DNA of 64,000 nt from an uncultured bacterium (GTDB lineage: Bacteria; Zixibacteria; MSB-5A5; GN15; FEB-12): assembly GCA_965372795.1 (NCBI GenBank), contig CBDVDR010000017.1, forward strand, positions 1 to 64,000, written 5' to 3'. The notes beneath the pieces were generated by a model. That model did not search any database. It had not been told where the DNA came from and saw only the letters and a program-made list of their open reading frames with translations. Every line of letters begins with the position of its first letter. Position 1 is the stretch's first letter. The position numbers and the translations under genes are program-made. Shown here piece after piece: positions 29,311 to 39,361 of the stretch.

Positions 29311-31032
29311 TTAAGACACTCTATCCTGAAAGTAATATTTAATGATTTTTACATTTTCATCAATTTCCTCAAAATTACTAAACAAAACTGAGGTATAGTT
29401 TAATTCCATAAATATTTCTGGTAATTCAGTGGCAGCTAAACCTGGTAATATCACTAATAGAATTTCTTTTTGTTCAAATTTATCAGAATGAAGATATTCA
29501 ATTAATTTTCTATAAAGAGATTCATCAATATTTGAATCAATAAAAAACAAAAAGGCTAAACTATTGGAAATATAACTTTCTGCTAAATATCTATTTGGGT
29601 CAAAACTTTCTAAGAAACTATCAGAATACGTCATGTGATTATAGCCAGACTCATTAAACATTTCAATTAATTTTGACAAGAATTCTTGAGGTATTGATTT
29701 CTCATTAAATATACTAACTCTAGAAAATGATTTAAGTTTTTTAGAATAATTTTCTTTCTTTCTTTGAGTCATCAGGAATTGAGTTGTTGTGGTTCTTTTG
29801 ATGTCGTTTGACAACCACTCTTCACCAAATCCGGAACTTAGCAATTTGTATAATTCTGGATCAGAGTTACATTTCTTTGCAATAATTCTAATTTTATCAT
29901 CAGGTGAGTCAATTGGAATTTTATTTTTATTTATCCATTCTATAATTTCTGCACATAGATATTTGTGTTTAATAAGTAAATCAAAGATATATTCCCACCT
30001 TGATTGTAAACTTCTTGAAATTGCAAAGTATCCTATTGGAATTTTATCATCTTCATTCGAATTTATTTCATTAAATATCTCACAATCAATAAGAAGATTA
30101 TTTACGAATCTAATAGTTGTTCTTGGATTGTTTCCGCACGCTGTACCAATAATTGGCAAAATTACTTTAAATGCATCACTATTCTCTATCTCTAATTGCT
30201 CAATCAAACTATTTGAGAAGTTTTCCATTCGTTGGTCATGAGGTGGAATTGGAAAAGGTAACTGCACCATTTTGTCTAAGTATTTACTCCCCTCGTCACC
30301 TTTTAGCCCAAATTCTTTCTCAAACCTATGTTGCAAATATCCTTCAATAATTGTTCTGGCAACTCCAAGTATGAATACGAAACCCTTTTGTGATAGAACT
30401 AATTTGATGCTTTCAAGTAGCTTGACAGCGTTATCTGGAAAACATCTATCCAAATCATCTATTAGTACTACGACTTTGAATTCAGAATCAATCTCAATCT
30501 TTGAAAGAGTTTCAAATGCATCAAAATATAAACTTTTATCAAGCAAAGGATCAGTTCTCTGTTTATCACTATGATCGATCATATCTTTCGCAACAAATCC
30601 TGCTTCTATTTCAGCAAAACCCGGAATCTTTATTTTTGATTTTGCCGAAAATCCATAGGCAACTGCTTTTAATCCTCTAACAAAAGATTTAAGTTGTCCT
30701 TTAAGCTTTTGGTCTTCACTTTTAAAATTTTCTAATCCTTGTACAATAGTTGCAACAAGGGGTACAATAGGATGATCTTCCTGTTCAAAACGCCAGGCAT
30801 TAAACCAAATCGTAATAATATTATTATTTTCCTCTAAATGCTTTTGAGTCAGTCTCAACAGGCTGGTCTTGCCTGAACCCCATTCACCGAATACACCTAT
30901 CGTAAATGGTCCGGTCGTTCCAGCCGCCGCATCGCCTAAAACTTTTGCATAAGTATGAAATCCAAGCCCATCTGTCTTAGAGTTATCATGCTCGCCGATT
31001 GCTTGATCTGATAATAATTTGAGTTTTCCCAT
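29311..31032 (-). CDS. KAP-family P-loop NTPase with a C-terminal TIR-like region
   Basis: Walker A GEWGSGKT, WFNAWRF, Walker B VVVLIDDLDRC, YLDKMVQLPF-x-IP, NPR. Confidence 0.88.
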   Translation of the reverse strand: MGKLKLLSDQAIGEHDNSKTDGLGFHTYAKVLGDAAAGTTGPFTIGVFGEWGSGKTSLLRLTQKHLEENNNIITIWFNAWRFEQEDHPIVPLVATIVQGLENFKSEDQKLKGQLKSFVRGLKAVAYGFSAKSKIKIPGFAEIEAGFVAKDMIDHSDKQRTDPLLDKSLYFDAFETLSKIEIDSEFKVVVLIDDLDRCFPDNAVKLLESIKLVLSQKGFVFILGVARTIIEGYLQHRFEKEFGLKGDEGSKYLDKMVQLPFPIPPHDQRMENFSNSLIEQLEIENSDAFKVILPIIGTACGNNPRTTIRFVNNLLIDCEIFNEINSNEDDKIPIGYFAISRSLQSRWEYIFDLLIKHKYLCAEIIEWINKNKIPIDSPDDKIRIIAKKCNSDPELYKLLSSGFGEEWLSNDIKRTTTTQFLMTQRKKENYSKKLKSFSRVSIFNEKSIPQEFLSKLIEMFNESGYNHMTYSDSFLESFDPNRYLAESYISNSLAFLFFIDSNIDESLYRKLIEYLHSDKFEQKEILLVILPGLAATELPEIFMELNYTSVLFSNFEEIDENVKIIKYYFQDRVS

Positions 31033-31123
31033 TTTCCCTCTCGTTTATGAGGATTAGTTTTAGCCTCACATTTTATTTAAATGTACAAACAAGTCCCCCA
31101 CAAATCAAGACCTTTCCCACCAC

Positions 31124-31198
31124 AAAAAAAGGCAGTCCGCCTTGGTGGACTGCCCTACTTAAATCTAACACTGGATTCCTGCTTTCGCAGGAATGACA
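31124..31198 (-). repeat. REP-like hairpin with T-run (likely terminator of the HMGS operon) plus GTCATTCC..GGAATCCAG repeat
   Basis: Minus strand: TGTCATTCCTGCGAAAGCAGGAATCCAG (family of 43716), then GTAGGGCAGTCCACCAAGGCGGACTGCC-TTTTTTT. Confidence 0.75.
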
Positions 31199-31290
31199 AT
31201 TTGCTTTACATGCGAAGCAATAGACTAACCTCGTTAGTGGCTATGCCACTCGACACATGCGAAGCATCAAACCGATTATATCGGTGTCAC

Positions 31291-31692
31291 CTAGTACCAT
31301 TTGGGGACGAATTTGTGTCCATAACTGATCACGCCATGATGCGCCTCTTTCTGGACCAGTCGGAATTCCAAACGGACTTCCATTCCGATCTTGACTTCCT
31401 CAACATCACAATCCGTCATCTGTCCAAAGACACGAGTACCATCGGTCAGCTCAACAATTGCCAACGCATAAGGACCCAAATCACCCCATTCTGCAGGAGC
31501 AATCCGTATCACAGTAAAGGTTACGATCTTGCCGGTATCAGGAAGGACCACCGTTTCCGATTCGGTCTCGCCTGTTTTGGGATCGATCAAGCGTTTTGGA
31601 AAATATACGTTTCCGCTTTCTTTGAACTTGCATGCTTCACGGCGGTAACGCTGGGGATATTCACGCCAGTTACGAGAACTAAACATAGTCAT
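31291..31692 (-). CDS. DUF35 (Zn-ribbon/OB-fold) scaffold protein, archaeal type
   Basis: R-x-WR...RY, VYFP-x-R, GKIVTFTVI, PYALAIVELTDG, IGMEV, I-x-YG-x-KF. Confidence 0.9.
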   Translation of the reverse strand: MTMFSSRNWREYPQRYRREACKFKESGNVYFPKRLIDPKTGETESETVVLPDTGKIVTFTVIRIAPAEWGDLGPYALAIVELTDGTRVFGQMTDCDVEEVKIGMEVRLEFRLVQKEAHHGVISYGHKFVPKWY

Positions 31693-32852
31693 TACGCCAC
31701 CTCCATGATATGGACAACCGAAGAACCACCGGAACCACCCATGTTCTGAGTCATGCCGATTTTAGGTGAGCCGGGAATCTGACGCCCGTTCTCAGCCTGT
31801 CCGGTTAACTGTTTGTACGCTTCGACCATTTGTGCAACACCGGTTGCACCGACCGGATGACCTTTGGATTTCAAACCGCCGGATGAGTTCATCGGGAACT
31901 TGCCATCAAGTGCGGTTTCACCGGCAAGGATCGCCGGACCGGCTTTACCCGGTTCAAAGATTCCGATAGATTCAGCGACAATTATTTCAGCAATAGTGAA
32001 ACAATCATGCACTTCGGCAAACTGCATATCTTTGATAGTTTTGCCAGCCATCTTAAATGCCCGATCAGCGGCGATAGTAGCGGCTTTGATGGTTGTCATA
32101 TCTTCACGCTGGGCCAGCTGAATGGTATCAGTGCCGACACCGGTGCCGATGATTTTGATATATGGTTTACCAAGTTTCTTGGCAACTTCTTCAGATGTTA
32201 AAATAACAGCTGCGGCACCATCGGTGATTGGTGAACAGTCTAAAATATGAAGCGGATCGGCAACCATGACAGAATTGGCGACCTGTTCCATTTTAAGTTT
32301 GAACGGATACTGTGCCACCGGATTCATCGAACCGTTAAAATGGTTCTTCACTGCTACAGCCGAAAGCATATCACGAGTCGTGCCATACTTGGCAATGTGA
32401 ACATTCGCCATCATAGCATAGAGTCCCGGGAAGGTTGCGCCGTGGAAAACTTCATATTCCTGATCGGCGGCGGCGGCAAGTGCCTGAGTGGCTTCTTCAC
32501 CGTCACAGTCGGTCATTTTTTCAACTCCGGAAGCCATCACGATGTCTGACATCCCTGAGGCTACTTCGATAAAGGCTGCCCGGATTGCCATTCCGCCCGA
32601 GGCACAAGCTGCCTCAACGCGCATCGCCGGTAATCCCGACATACCCATGTAATCAGTTAACAATGAAGCCAGATGTTCCTGTCCGACAAACATACCACCG
32701 GACATACAACCGGTATACATTCCGTCAAGATGGTCAACTCCAGCATTTTTTATCGCTTTAAGAGCGGCATCGGTGTGGAGATCACGAAGTGACTGTCGCC
32801 ATACTTCGCCCCACTTACTCATACCAACGCCAACTACACAAACATCTCTCAT
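31692..32852 (-). CDS. Archaeal-type acetoacetyl-CoA thiolase (SCP2-like class)
   Basis: MRDV..G..K-W-GE-x-[54 protein letters not shown] 32852 after GGAG. Confidence 0.92.
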   Translation of the reverse strand: MRDVCVVGVGMSKWGEVWRQSLRDLHTDAALKAIKNAGVDHLDGMYTGCMSGGMFVGQEHLASLLTDYMGMSGLPAMRVEAACASGGMAIRAAFIEVASGMSDIVMASGVEKMTDCDGEEATQALAAAADQEYEVFHGATFPGLYAMMANVHIAKYGTTRDMLSAVAVKNHFNGSMNPVAQYPFKLKMEQVANSVMVADPLHILDCSPITDGAAAVILTSEEVAKKLGKPYIKIIGTGVGTDTIQLAQREDMTTIKAATIAADRAFKMAGKTIKDMQFAEVHDCFTIAEIIVAESIGIFEPGKAGPAILAGETALDGKFPMNSSGGLKSKGHPVGATGVAQMVEAYKQLTGQAENGRQIPGSPKIGMTQNMGGSGGSSVVHIMEVA

Positions 32853-32863
32853 ATCATTCACTC

Positions 32864-33913
32864 CTAATCGTTCTTGATGATTTTGTGTCTGAACTTGGCG
32901 TAGGTGCCATAGTCGATGTAGGTCAAATTCTCCTCGAGAAGCTTTTGGGTTTTAACCGCAAGGTCTCGTACTTCGTTGATGCGATCAGTTACTTTCCAGA
33001 TGAAAGCATCCGATCCCGCACCCGAACCATAGGAGCACATAAAGATCATGTCGCCCGGCTGGGAAACATCCAATGTAGCCGTTAAGCCGATTGGTGAGGC
33101 ACCCGAGTAGGTATTACCCAGTGTCGGAGCCAGCCAGCCCGGATCAATCTGTTCCTGCGTGAAGCCAAGTTCAAATGCGACGCGCTGGGGGAATTTACCG
33201 TTAGGCTGATGGAAAATAGCATATTTGAAATCAGATGGTTTCATTCCGGCTTTTTCCAATATAGCATTTGATGCTCCTTTGGTGTGAGCAAAGTAAGCTT
33301 CTTCACCGGTGAATCGTCCGCCATGCTGGGGATAGAACTGGTGTTCTCTCCGCCAGAAATCAGGCATATCGGTCATGTATGAATGAGTATGTTCAATTGA
33401 TGCGATCACATTATCATTACCCATAATAAAAGCACCGGCACCGGCAGCAGCAGAAAATTCAAGGGCATCCGAAGGAGCACCCTGAGAGGTATCAGCTGCG
33501 ATTGCCAGAGCATATTTCATCTCGCCTGCTTTGATATGGCTAAGAGCAACATACATTGCCTCTGAACCGGCTTTACAGGCAAATTCAAAATCAGCACAAT
33601 GAATATCCGGGGTCGCGCCGAGTGCTTCGGCAACAGTTGTACCGGATGGTTTTACGGCGTACGGATGAGATTCCGAGCCGATATAAATTGCTCCGATATC
33701 TTTTGGATCAACTCCCCCGGAACGCTTGAATGCGTTACGGGCAGCCTCTACAGATAACGTAATGGTATCCATATCCGGCGGAGGGACAGATTTTTCACGA
33801 AGCATCAGTCCTTTTTTGTAACTTGGGGCATCGGCTCCCCATACCTTAGCGATCTCTTCCACCTTAATCCGATGTCTGGGAAGATGGGCGCCATAGCCAA
33901 CAATTCCTGCCAT
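32864..33913 (-). CDS. Archaeal-type hydroxymethylglutaryl-CoA synthase
   Basis: [49 protein letters not shown], ~350 aa. Confidence 0.93.
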   Translation of the reverse strand: MAGIVGYGAHLPRHRIKVEEIAKVWGADAPSYKKGLMLREKSVPPPDMDTITLSVEAARNAFKRSGGVDPKDIGAIYIGSESHPYAVKPSGTTVAEALGATPDIHCADFEFACKAGSEAMYVALSHIKAGEMKYALAIAADTSQGAPSDALEFSAAAGAGAFIMGNDNVIASIEHTHSYMTDMPDFWRREHQFYPQHGGRFTGEEAYFAHTKGASNAILEKAGMKPSDFKYAIFHQPNGKFPQRVAFELGFTQEQIDPGWLAPTLGNTYSGASPIGLTATLDVSQPGDMIFMCSYGSGAGSDAFIWKVTDRINEVRDLAVKTQKLLEENLTYIDYGTYAKFRHKIIKND

Positions 33914-34159
33914 AAGAGCCTCTTATATTTTATAGTTCTATTTAAGTGTCCAATTTCAAAAAACGTACGAAATTCAATAATAACCGTTTCTATGCGAAAA
34001 ACAAGTTTCGGACGATAAATATTGTGAAAATATTATTTATGTGATCTTAAAAAATGTTTTATAAGAGGGCTTTACAATTTGAAAAGCAGGATAATATGGG
34101 TAATAAATTAATTCAAACCGATGTAATTAGTAAGGTTCAGGATGCCGATAATAATAATT

Positions 34160-34786
34160 ATGCATAAGAATATATTATTTCTCTCAATAATTATCATTGC
34201 AACTATTACTTTAGGCGACAGCCTGTTTGCCGTTGATAGTTATGAGGTTACGAGCACGCCTAATAAAGACACTCAGTTTGACAAAAATACTGCTTTCTAT
34301 GAAGGTGACTCGCTCAACTATATTTTCTCTCCCCCGGATGGATTTAAACTGGAGCTTGAGCCGGCGATAAACGATGGTTATTCGTTCGCTTTCATTAAAG
34401 AAAATGAAAAGTATAGTTCATCAGATGTTACCCTTACGATCAATATATTCAAACTGGAAGCTAACCAGTATAATTTTGATATTGAGGGATATATCACCCA
34501 TGACACCTCATCAATCAAAGATCATTTTGGCACCCATGTCGTTATTGATCAGATAGATTCGATCTTCAATTCCAACGGCAGAGAAATCACAACTTACTAC
34601 ATCAACGACAAAACCAGGTTTATTCCGAACGTGATGATTTCTTATTATAATGCCGGTAATGAGTTCTTGATATTCGAACTTGTTATATCGCCGGGATATC
34701 CCCGTTTTCAGGCTGAGGATGAATATATCGCTATGATCCGCAATTTCAAGACCCTCATTAAAGGCAGTTTTGGCAAAAAGCCATAG
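34160..34786 (+). CDS. Hypothetical exported protein
   Basis: Signal-peptide-like N-terminus, no recognised family. Confidence 0.65.
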   Translation: MHKNILFLSIIIIATITLGDSLFAVDSYEVTSTPNKDTQFDKNTAFYEGDSLNYIFSPPDGFKLELEPAINDGYSFAFIKENEKYSSSDVTLTINIFKLEANQYNFDIEGYITHDTSSIKDHFGTHVVIDQIDSIFNSNGREITTYYINDKTRFIPNVMISYYNAGNEFLIFELVISPGYPRFQAEDEYIAMIRNFKTLIKGSFGKKP

Positions 34787-34869
34787 TCTCCCCTGTTTCA
34801 GATTTGCAACCTTTCAATAACTTACCCGTATATCTATATTATAAGAGGAAAAAAATGTGAGAGGTAGTT

Positions 34870-35457
34870 ATGAAAAGGTTATCAATCTATTTACTGATGG
34901 GGTTGCTGTTGTTTGCCTTTGTGGGTCCTGTTGAAGGTAAAACCAGCAAGTACAAAAAAAGCAATCGCGACTATGATCGTTATGACAGTAAGACTTCAAT
35001 TGACATTGAAGATGGTTCGGTGATCGTTGAGTATGATGATCGTAAAACTTATGACAAAATAGAAATCACCGAGGATTACGAATTATTTATCAATGACGAT
35101 CTGATTGATTGCAACGCCGACCAGACTAAACTGGTCAAAGAATTCCATACCAAGGTTTTTAAGATTAAAAAGTATGCCGTCAATATTGGCTGGGAGGGTG
35201 CGAAAATTGGTGCCGAGGGTGCCAAGCTCGGACTTAAAGCTATTGGTCGGGTTATAAAACTGATCTCGGCTGATTATGATTCGGATGATCTTGAGCGTGA
35301 CATGGAACGTGATGCCAAGAAGATTGAGAAGAAAGCTGATAAGCTTGAAAAAAAGGCTGAGATAATTGAGCGTATGGTTGAAGATCTTGACGATCTCGCC
35401 TATGAGATGAAAGAAGAAATCCCGGAACTTGATGAACTCGATTGGTTTTGGTTATAG
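34870..35457 (+). CDS. Exported protein, DUF2884/YggN-like
   Basis: Signal peptide, LFIND..Q-x-x-LV, EGAKIG, coiled-coil region, IPEL end, GAGG SD. Confidence 0.6.
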   Translation: MKRLSIYLLMGLLLFAFVGPVEGKTSKYKKSNRDYDRYDSKTSIDIEDGSVIVEYDDRKTYDKIEITEDYELFINDDLIDCNADQTKLVKEFHTKVFKIKKYAVNIGWEGAKIGAEGAKLGLKAIGRVIKLISADYDSDDLERDMERDAKKIEKKADKLEKKAEIIERMVEDLDDLAYEMKEEIPELDELDWFWL

Positions 35458-35566
35458 CCCACACCCTTCGGGTGTTTTATTTAAATAATTAGATCAGTTG
35501 GTTTGTTTGACAAGTGGTTTAGGTTGATATTTGTGATTAAGGTTTGAATCTTCCACGCAATTTGTC

Positions 35567-35600
35567 TGTAGGCAGGTATCATTGATACCTGCCTTTTTTT
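35567..35600 (+). repeat. REP-like hairpin / terminator
   Basis: GTAGGCAGGTATCATTGATACCTGCC followed by a T-run. Confidence 0.7.
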
Positions 35601-35652
35601 ATTGTTAAATTCTCACTTGAATTGTAATAATTGATTACATATACTATTACCA

Positions 35653-36402
35653 ATGCAGAAAAATAATAGTAAAAAATGTATCGGTAGAAATCTAAACTTT
35701 AAACGATGTAATCGATCAATAAATCGGGGATTCTTTTGCCATGACCATAATAGGCAACCCGTGAGATTCCTATATTCAACAGTTATGTTATTACTAAGCA
35801 TTATGGCTTTTTTTTCATATTGTATTCCACCTTCACAAACAATTCAAGTTCAATCAAATCATGAGAGGGATCTTATCATTTGTGATCATTATTCTTTAGC
35901 TCTTAGTTTATTCTTAGCAAGATTTAGATTTAATTTATATATGCTTCCCCTATCAGATCCAATAGAAACTACAATTTTAGAAGCATTTCAACCTGGAAAA
36001 GATTTACTACATACAAAACCAGACTTGGATAAAATAACACCAGATGTGATAAAAATAATCTTTACCACCTATGATTTCTCAACAACTTTATATAATTATG
36101 AACCAATACAAGGTGGCAGATTACCAACGAATGTCGAAATGCTAAAAGGTGACATAAAAACATTAAATGACAACTGTATAGATATATTGAGTAAGTATGC
36201 AAGTAGCGGCGATCCAAAATTAATTCAATCAATTGAAGTTATGAGAAATAGAACTGATAATTTACTTGGTCCATTTGGCATATCAAATCTTTCAAAACCC
36301 AATAAACACGAAATAGCAGATCTAATAGAATTATTTGAATTATTGCTCTCATCATATAAAACAATTGATGAAATCAAGAGTCGTACAGAAAATACTGATT
36401 AA
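35653..36402 (+). CDS. Hypothetical protein with N-terminal C3H motif and TM segment
   Basis: C-x9-C-x9-C-x2-H (CIGRNLNFKRC..FFCHDH) followed by a hydrophobic helix, AT-rich. Confidence 0.6.
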   Translation: MQKNNSKKCIGRNLNFKRCNRSINRGFFCHDHNRQPVRFLYSTVMLLLSIMAFFSYCIPPSQTIQVQSNHERDLIICDHYSLALSLFLARFRFNLYMLPLSDPIETTILEAFQPGKDLLHTKPDLDKITPDVIKIIFTTYDFSTTLYNYEPIQGGRLPTNVEMLKGDIKTLNDNCIDILSKYASSGDPKLIQSIEVMRNRTDNLLGPFGISNLSKPNKHEIADLIELFELLLSSYKTIDEIKSRTENTD

Positions 36403-36405
36403 AAT

Positions 36406-36446
36406 GAGATTCTGTGGTCTTGGCAAACGAGGTCGACAGATCCCAC
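36406..36446 (-). repeat. GTGG-headed REP-like imperfect palindrome between convergent orphans
   Basis: Minus strand GTGGGATCTGTCGACCTCG-TTTGC-CAAGACCACAGAATCTC. Confidence 0.5.
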
Positions 36447-36458
36447 TTCCCATCATTA

Positions 36459-36962
36459 CTAAGCTTCAAATAGATTATATTTTTTCATAATTTTAGCAAA
36501 TGATTTATCAATATTTGTAAATATTTCTGTAATTTTTTCAAATGCTATAGATTGTGCTCTGTATCCAGCTTCTGATCCATTAAAGCTTGCAAAAGTCATA
36601 TTTGTAAAAGGAATAATCAATTTCCTTAAATCTTCTGGTAAATAAAACAAGTTCTTTTCCCAATACTCACGCGCTTCGACAACATCCTCATAAATCTTTT
36701 TTTTAATTTCATCACTAGCTCCACCAAATGAATTTAATGCTCTATTTATCATGTGAGCAAGATGATAAGATTTAGCCATTATTTTAATCGATTCCTCTGA
36801 AATTATTTTTTCAATTTGAAAGGATCTATCTTTTTCACGATCTGCTATTTCAAGTTCCTTTAATTTTCTTGTATATCGTAATGTATAAATTGGCAACCCA
36901 AAACCTACGAAGAATGGTAACATTTTTTCAAACGCTTTTAATATTTCTGTAAAGAATTCCAT
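36459..36962 (-). CDS. Hypothetical membrane-anchored protein (AT-rich)
   Basis: 167 aa, N-terminal hydrophobic stretch, AAAGGA SD. Confidence 0.65.
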   Translation of the reverse strand: MEFFTEILKAFEKMLPFFVGFGLPIYTLRYTRKLKELEIADREKDRSFQIEKIISEESIKIMAKSYHLAHMINRALNSFGGASDEIKKKIYEDVVEAREYWEKNLFYLPEDLRKLIIPFTNMTFASFNGSEAGYRAQSIAFEKITEIFTNIDKSFAKIMKKYNLFEA

Positions 36963-37002
36963 ATTGTTTCCTTTATTATTTTAATTTCCTGCGGTTTACT
37001 CA

Positions 37003-38805
37003 CTACTTCAACCCCTTCAAAATCATCTCCGCTAACTTCTCAGTGATGCCCTTCTCCTGTGAGAGTTCTTCAACCGACAGCTCTTTTATCTTGGCAACCG
37101 ACTTATATTTTTTCAACAGCATCTTCCGGCGTGCCGGACCAATCCCCTTAATATCATCAAGTGCCGATTTGATCGTGCGTTTACTCCGCACCTTACGATT
37201 ATACTCAATCGCAAAACGATGCGCCTCATCACGAACCAGCTTTAACAAAATCAACCCCGGTGAAGCCTTACTGATAATCAACGGATCACTCCTGCCCGGC
37301 AGGAAAACTTCCTCTAATCTTTTCGCCAGTCCAATCACGGTTTGATCATGGAACCCCAGATGTTCAAGTTCGGTTTTCGCCGAGGACAACTGCCCCTTTC
37401 CCCCGTCAACCACCAGCAGATCAGGTGGCGTTGTCGATTCTTCTTTGATCCTGAAAAAATATCGTCCGATAATTTCACGCATCATTTTGTAATCATCCTG
37501 CCCCGTAACACCTTTGATTTTAAAATGACGATACTGGCTTTTTTTCGGTTTCCCATTCTCAAAATAAACACATGACCCGACCGCATCGGTTTCACCGGTG
37601 TTGGAAATATCAAAACAGACTACCGTCTTGGGTGAACTGTTCAACCCAAGATCGCTTTGAAGTGCAGTGACCATTTTACTGGTACGTTCAGATTGTTTTT
37701 GTTTTTGAATCAGAAGTTCATCAAGCAGAAGTCTTGCATTTTTAGCCGCCAGATCAACCAACTTAACTTTCTGCCCAATTTTAGGTGTAATAAGATGAGT
37801 CTTTGACTCTTTGAACCATTGTTCATACAATTTTTTATCTGTTACTTCAAGCGGCAGGTAAATCTCTTTCGGCATATTCGGTTGATGATTATAGTACTGA
37901 CTCAAAAACGTATGCAAGATTTCATCATCGGTGTCATCGGTATCGGCATTGATCTGAAAATCCTGCCGTCCAATTAAGATGCCTTCCCTAATCTGCAAAA
38001 TAACCGCCACCACATATTTTTCTTCCCGTGCAAAAGCGATCATATCCCGATCAACAATTTCACCGACATCAACTTTCTGTTTTATCATCACCGATTCAAT
38101 AGCTTCGATCTGGTCACGGATTTTACACGCCTCTTCATATTCCATATTGTCAGAGGCAAACTTCATCTTTTCAGCCAGACGTTTGATCAACTCTTTTGAT
38201 TTTCCCGAGAGAACCAAAATAACCGAATTAACCAGTTCGGCATATTCCTCCTGACTCTGAAATCCCTCGCAGGGTCCCCCGCAACGATCAATCCGATAAT
38301 CGAGACAGACCTGATATTTTTTACCATCGGGATGAGGAATCATAAACCGGCAGGTTCTGATTCTAAAAAGACGGGTCAGAAATTGCACGGTACGACGCAT
38401 CCCCTTAGAAGATGTGAACGGGCCAAAATATCGGGCGTTGTCCTTTTCAACTTTTCTGACGATTAAAACCTGTGGAAATGGTTCATTGGTTATTTTTATA
38501 TATGGGAAATGTTTATCATCGCGTAAATCTACATTGTAGCGGGGCTTATGTTCTTTGATCAGATTCGCTTCAAGAATCAGAGCCTCGACCTCGCTGTCGG
38601 TAACCATCAGTTCAAAATCAGTTACTTTGGCAACCAGTCGCAAAGTTTTTGGATCGTGCCTGGACGGGGATTGGAAATAAGTACGAACGCGGTTTTTTAG
38701 ATTTTTAGCTTTCCCGATATATATGATTTTTGCCTGTTTATCTTTGAACAGATAAACACCCGATGAGGTCGGCAGATTTTTTAATTTTAGCTGAAAATCG
38801 GTCAT
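37003..38805 (-). CDS. uvrC: Excinuclease ABC subunit C
   Basis: GIY-YIG (GVYLF..IIYIGKAKNL), FDIS, DGGKGQ, RDEAHRFAI, HhH GIGP. Confidence 0.97.
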   Translation of the reverse strand: MTDFQLKLKNLPTSSGVYLFKDKQAKIIYIGKAKNLKNRVRTYFQSPSRHDPKTLRLVAKVTDFELMVTDSEVEALILEANLIKEHKPRYNVDLRDDKHFPYIKITNEPFPQVLIVRKVEKDNARYFGPFTSSKGMRRTVQFLTRLFRIRTCRFMIPHPDGKKYQVCLDYRIDRCGGPCEGFQSQEEYAELVNSVILVLSGKSKELIKRLAEKMKFASDNMEYEEACKIRDQIEAIESVMIKQKVDVGEIVDRDMIAFAREEKYVVAVILQIREGILIGRQDFQINADTDDTDDEILHTFLSQYYNHQPNMPKEIYLPLEVTDKKLYEQWFKESKTHLITPKIGQKVKLVDLAAKNARLLLDELLIQKQKQSERTSKMVTALQSDLGLNSSPKTVVCFDISNTGETDAVGSCVYFENGKPKKSQYRHFKIKGVTGQDDYKMMREIIGRYFFRIKEESTTPPDLLVVDGGKGQLSSAKTELEHLGFHDQTVIGLAKRLEEVFLPGRSDPLIISKASPGLILLKLVRDEAHRFAIEYNRKVRSKRTIKSALDDIKGIGPARRKMLLKKYKSVAKIKELSVEELSQEKGITEKLAEMILKGLK

Positions 38806-38826
38806 TGTTTCTGACTTGCTTATATT

Positions 38827-39348
38827 CTAATTCCCAATAACTCTTTTGGCACCGACAAAATATTTCGACCAGTATTTTTCTCTAAGGCTCGATATAATAA
38901 TTCCGTTGGAAGATGAAGCATGGATAAATTTATTATTATCTAAATAGATTCCGACATGGGAAATTTTACTGCTGTTGATTTTGAAAAAAACCAGATCACC
39001 ATAATATAAATTCTTATTCTTAACTTTTTTGCCTATTTGAAATTGATCATTGGCAGAACGGGGAATGTTCGTCTGATTATACTTTTTGAAAACCTCCGAT
39101 GTGAACAGCGAACAATCAAGCCCCGGATCAGTTTTAGACCGTCCTTTGTACGGTCGGCCCAAATATCTTTGCAAAATCGACCCAAGCCGCATATTATCAT
39201 TGGTCGTCAGTGATGATAACTGTTTGGATTTGATCGCCCTTGGCTGTTCTTTGGAGGTCGAGCTATATCGGGGTGCACTCTGGCATCCGATGAACAGTAA
39301 TAAACATAAAGCTGCCCCAATAGATATATATAACATATCGCACTCCAA
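38827..39348 (-). CDS. NlpC/P60 family peptidoglycan endopeptidase lipoprotein
   Basis: Lipobox FIGC, GLDCS, GDLVFF, HVGIY, FIHASSS. Confidence 0.92.
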   Translation of the reverse strand: MECDMLYISIGAALCLLLFIGCQSAPRYSSTSKEQPRAIKSKQLSSLTTNDNMRLGSILQRYLGRPYKGRSKTDPGLDCSLFTSEVFKKYNQTNIPRSANDQFQIGKKVKNKNLYYGDLVFFKINSSKISHVGIYLDNNKFIHASSSNGIIISSLREKYWSKYFVGAKRVIGN

Positions 39349-39361
39349 ATTTTTGATTTCC

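Noticed and set aside
28380..31032. Integron cassette array
   Set aside because: No intI and no convincing RYYYAAC..GTTRRRY attC sites between the genes. The spacers hold REP-like hairpins instead.
31081..31749. 222-aa plus-strand ORF
   Set aside because: Antisense shadow of the DUF35 gene that runs through repeat sequences (LDSCFRRND is a translated palindrome).
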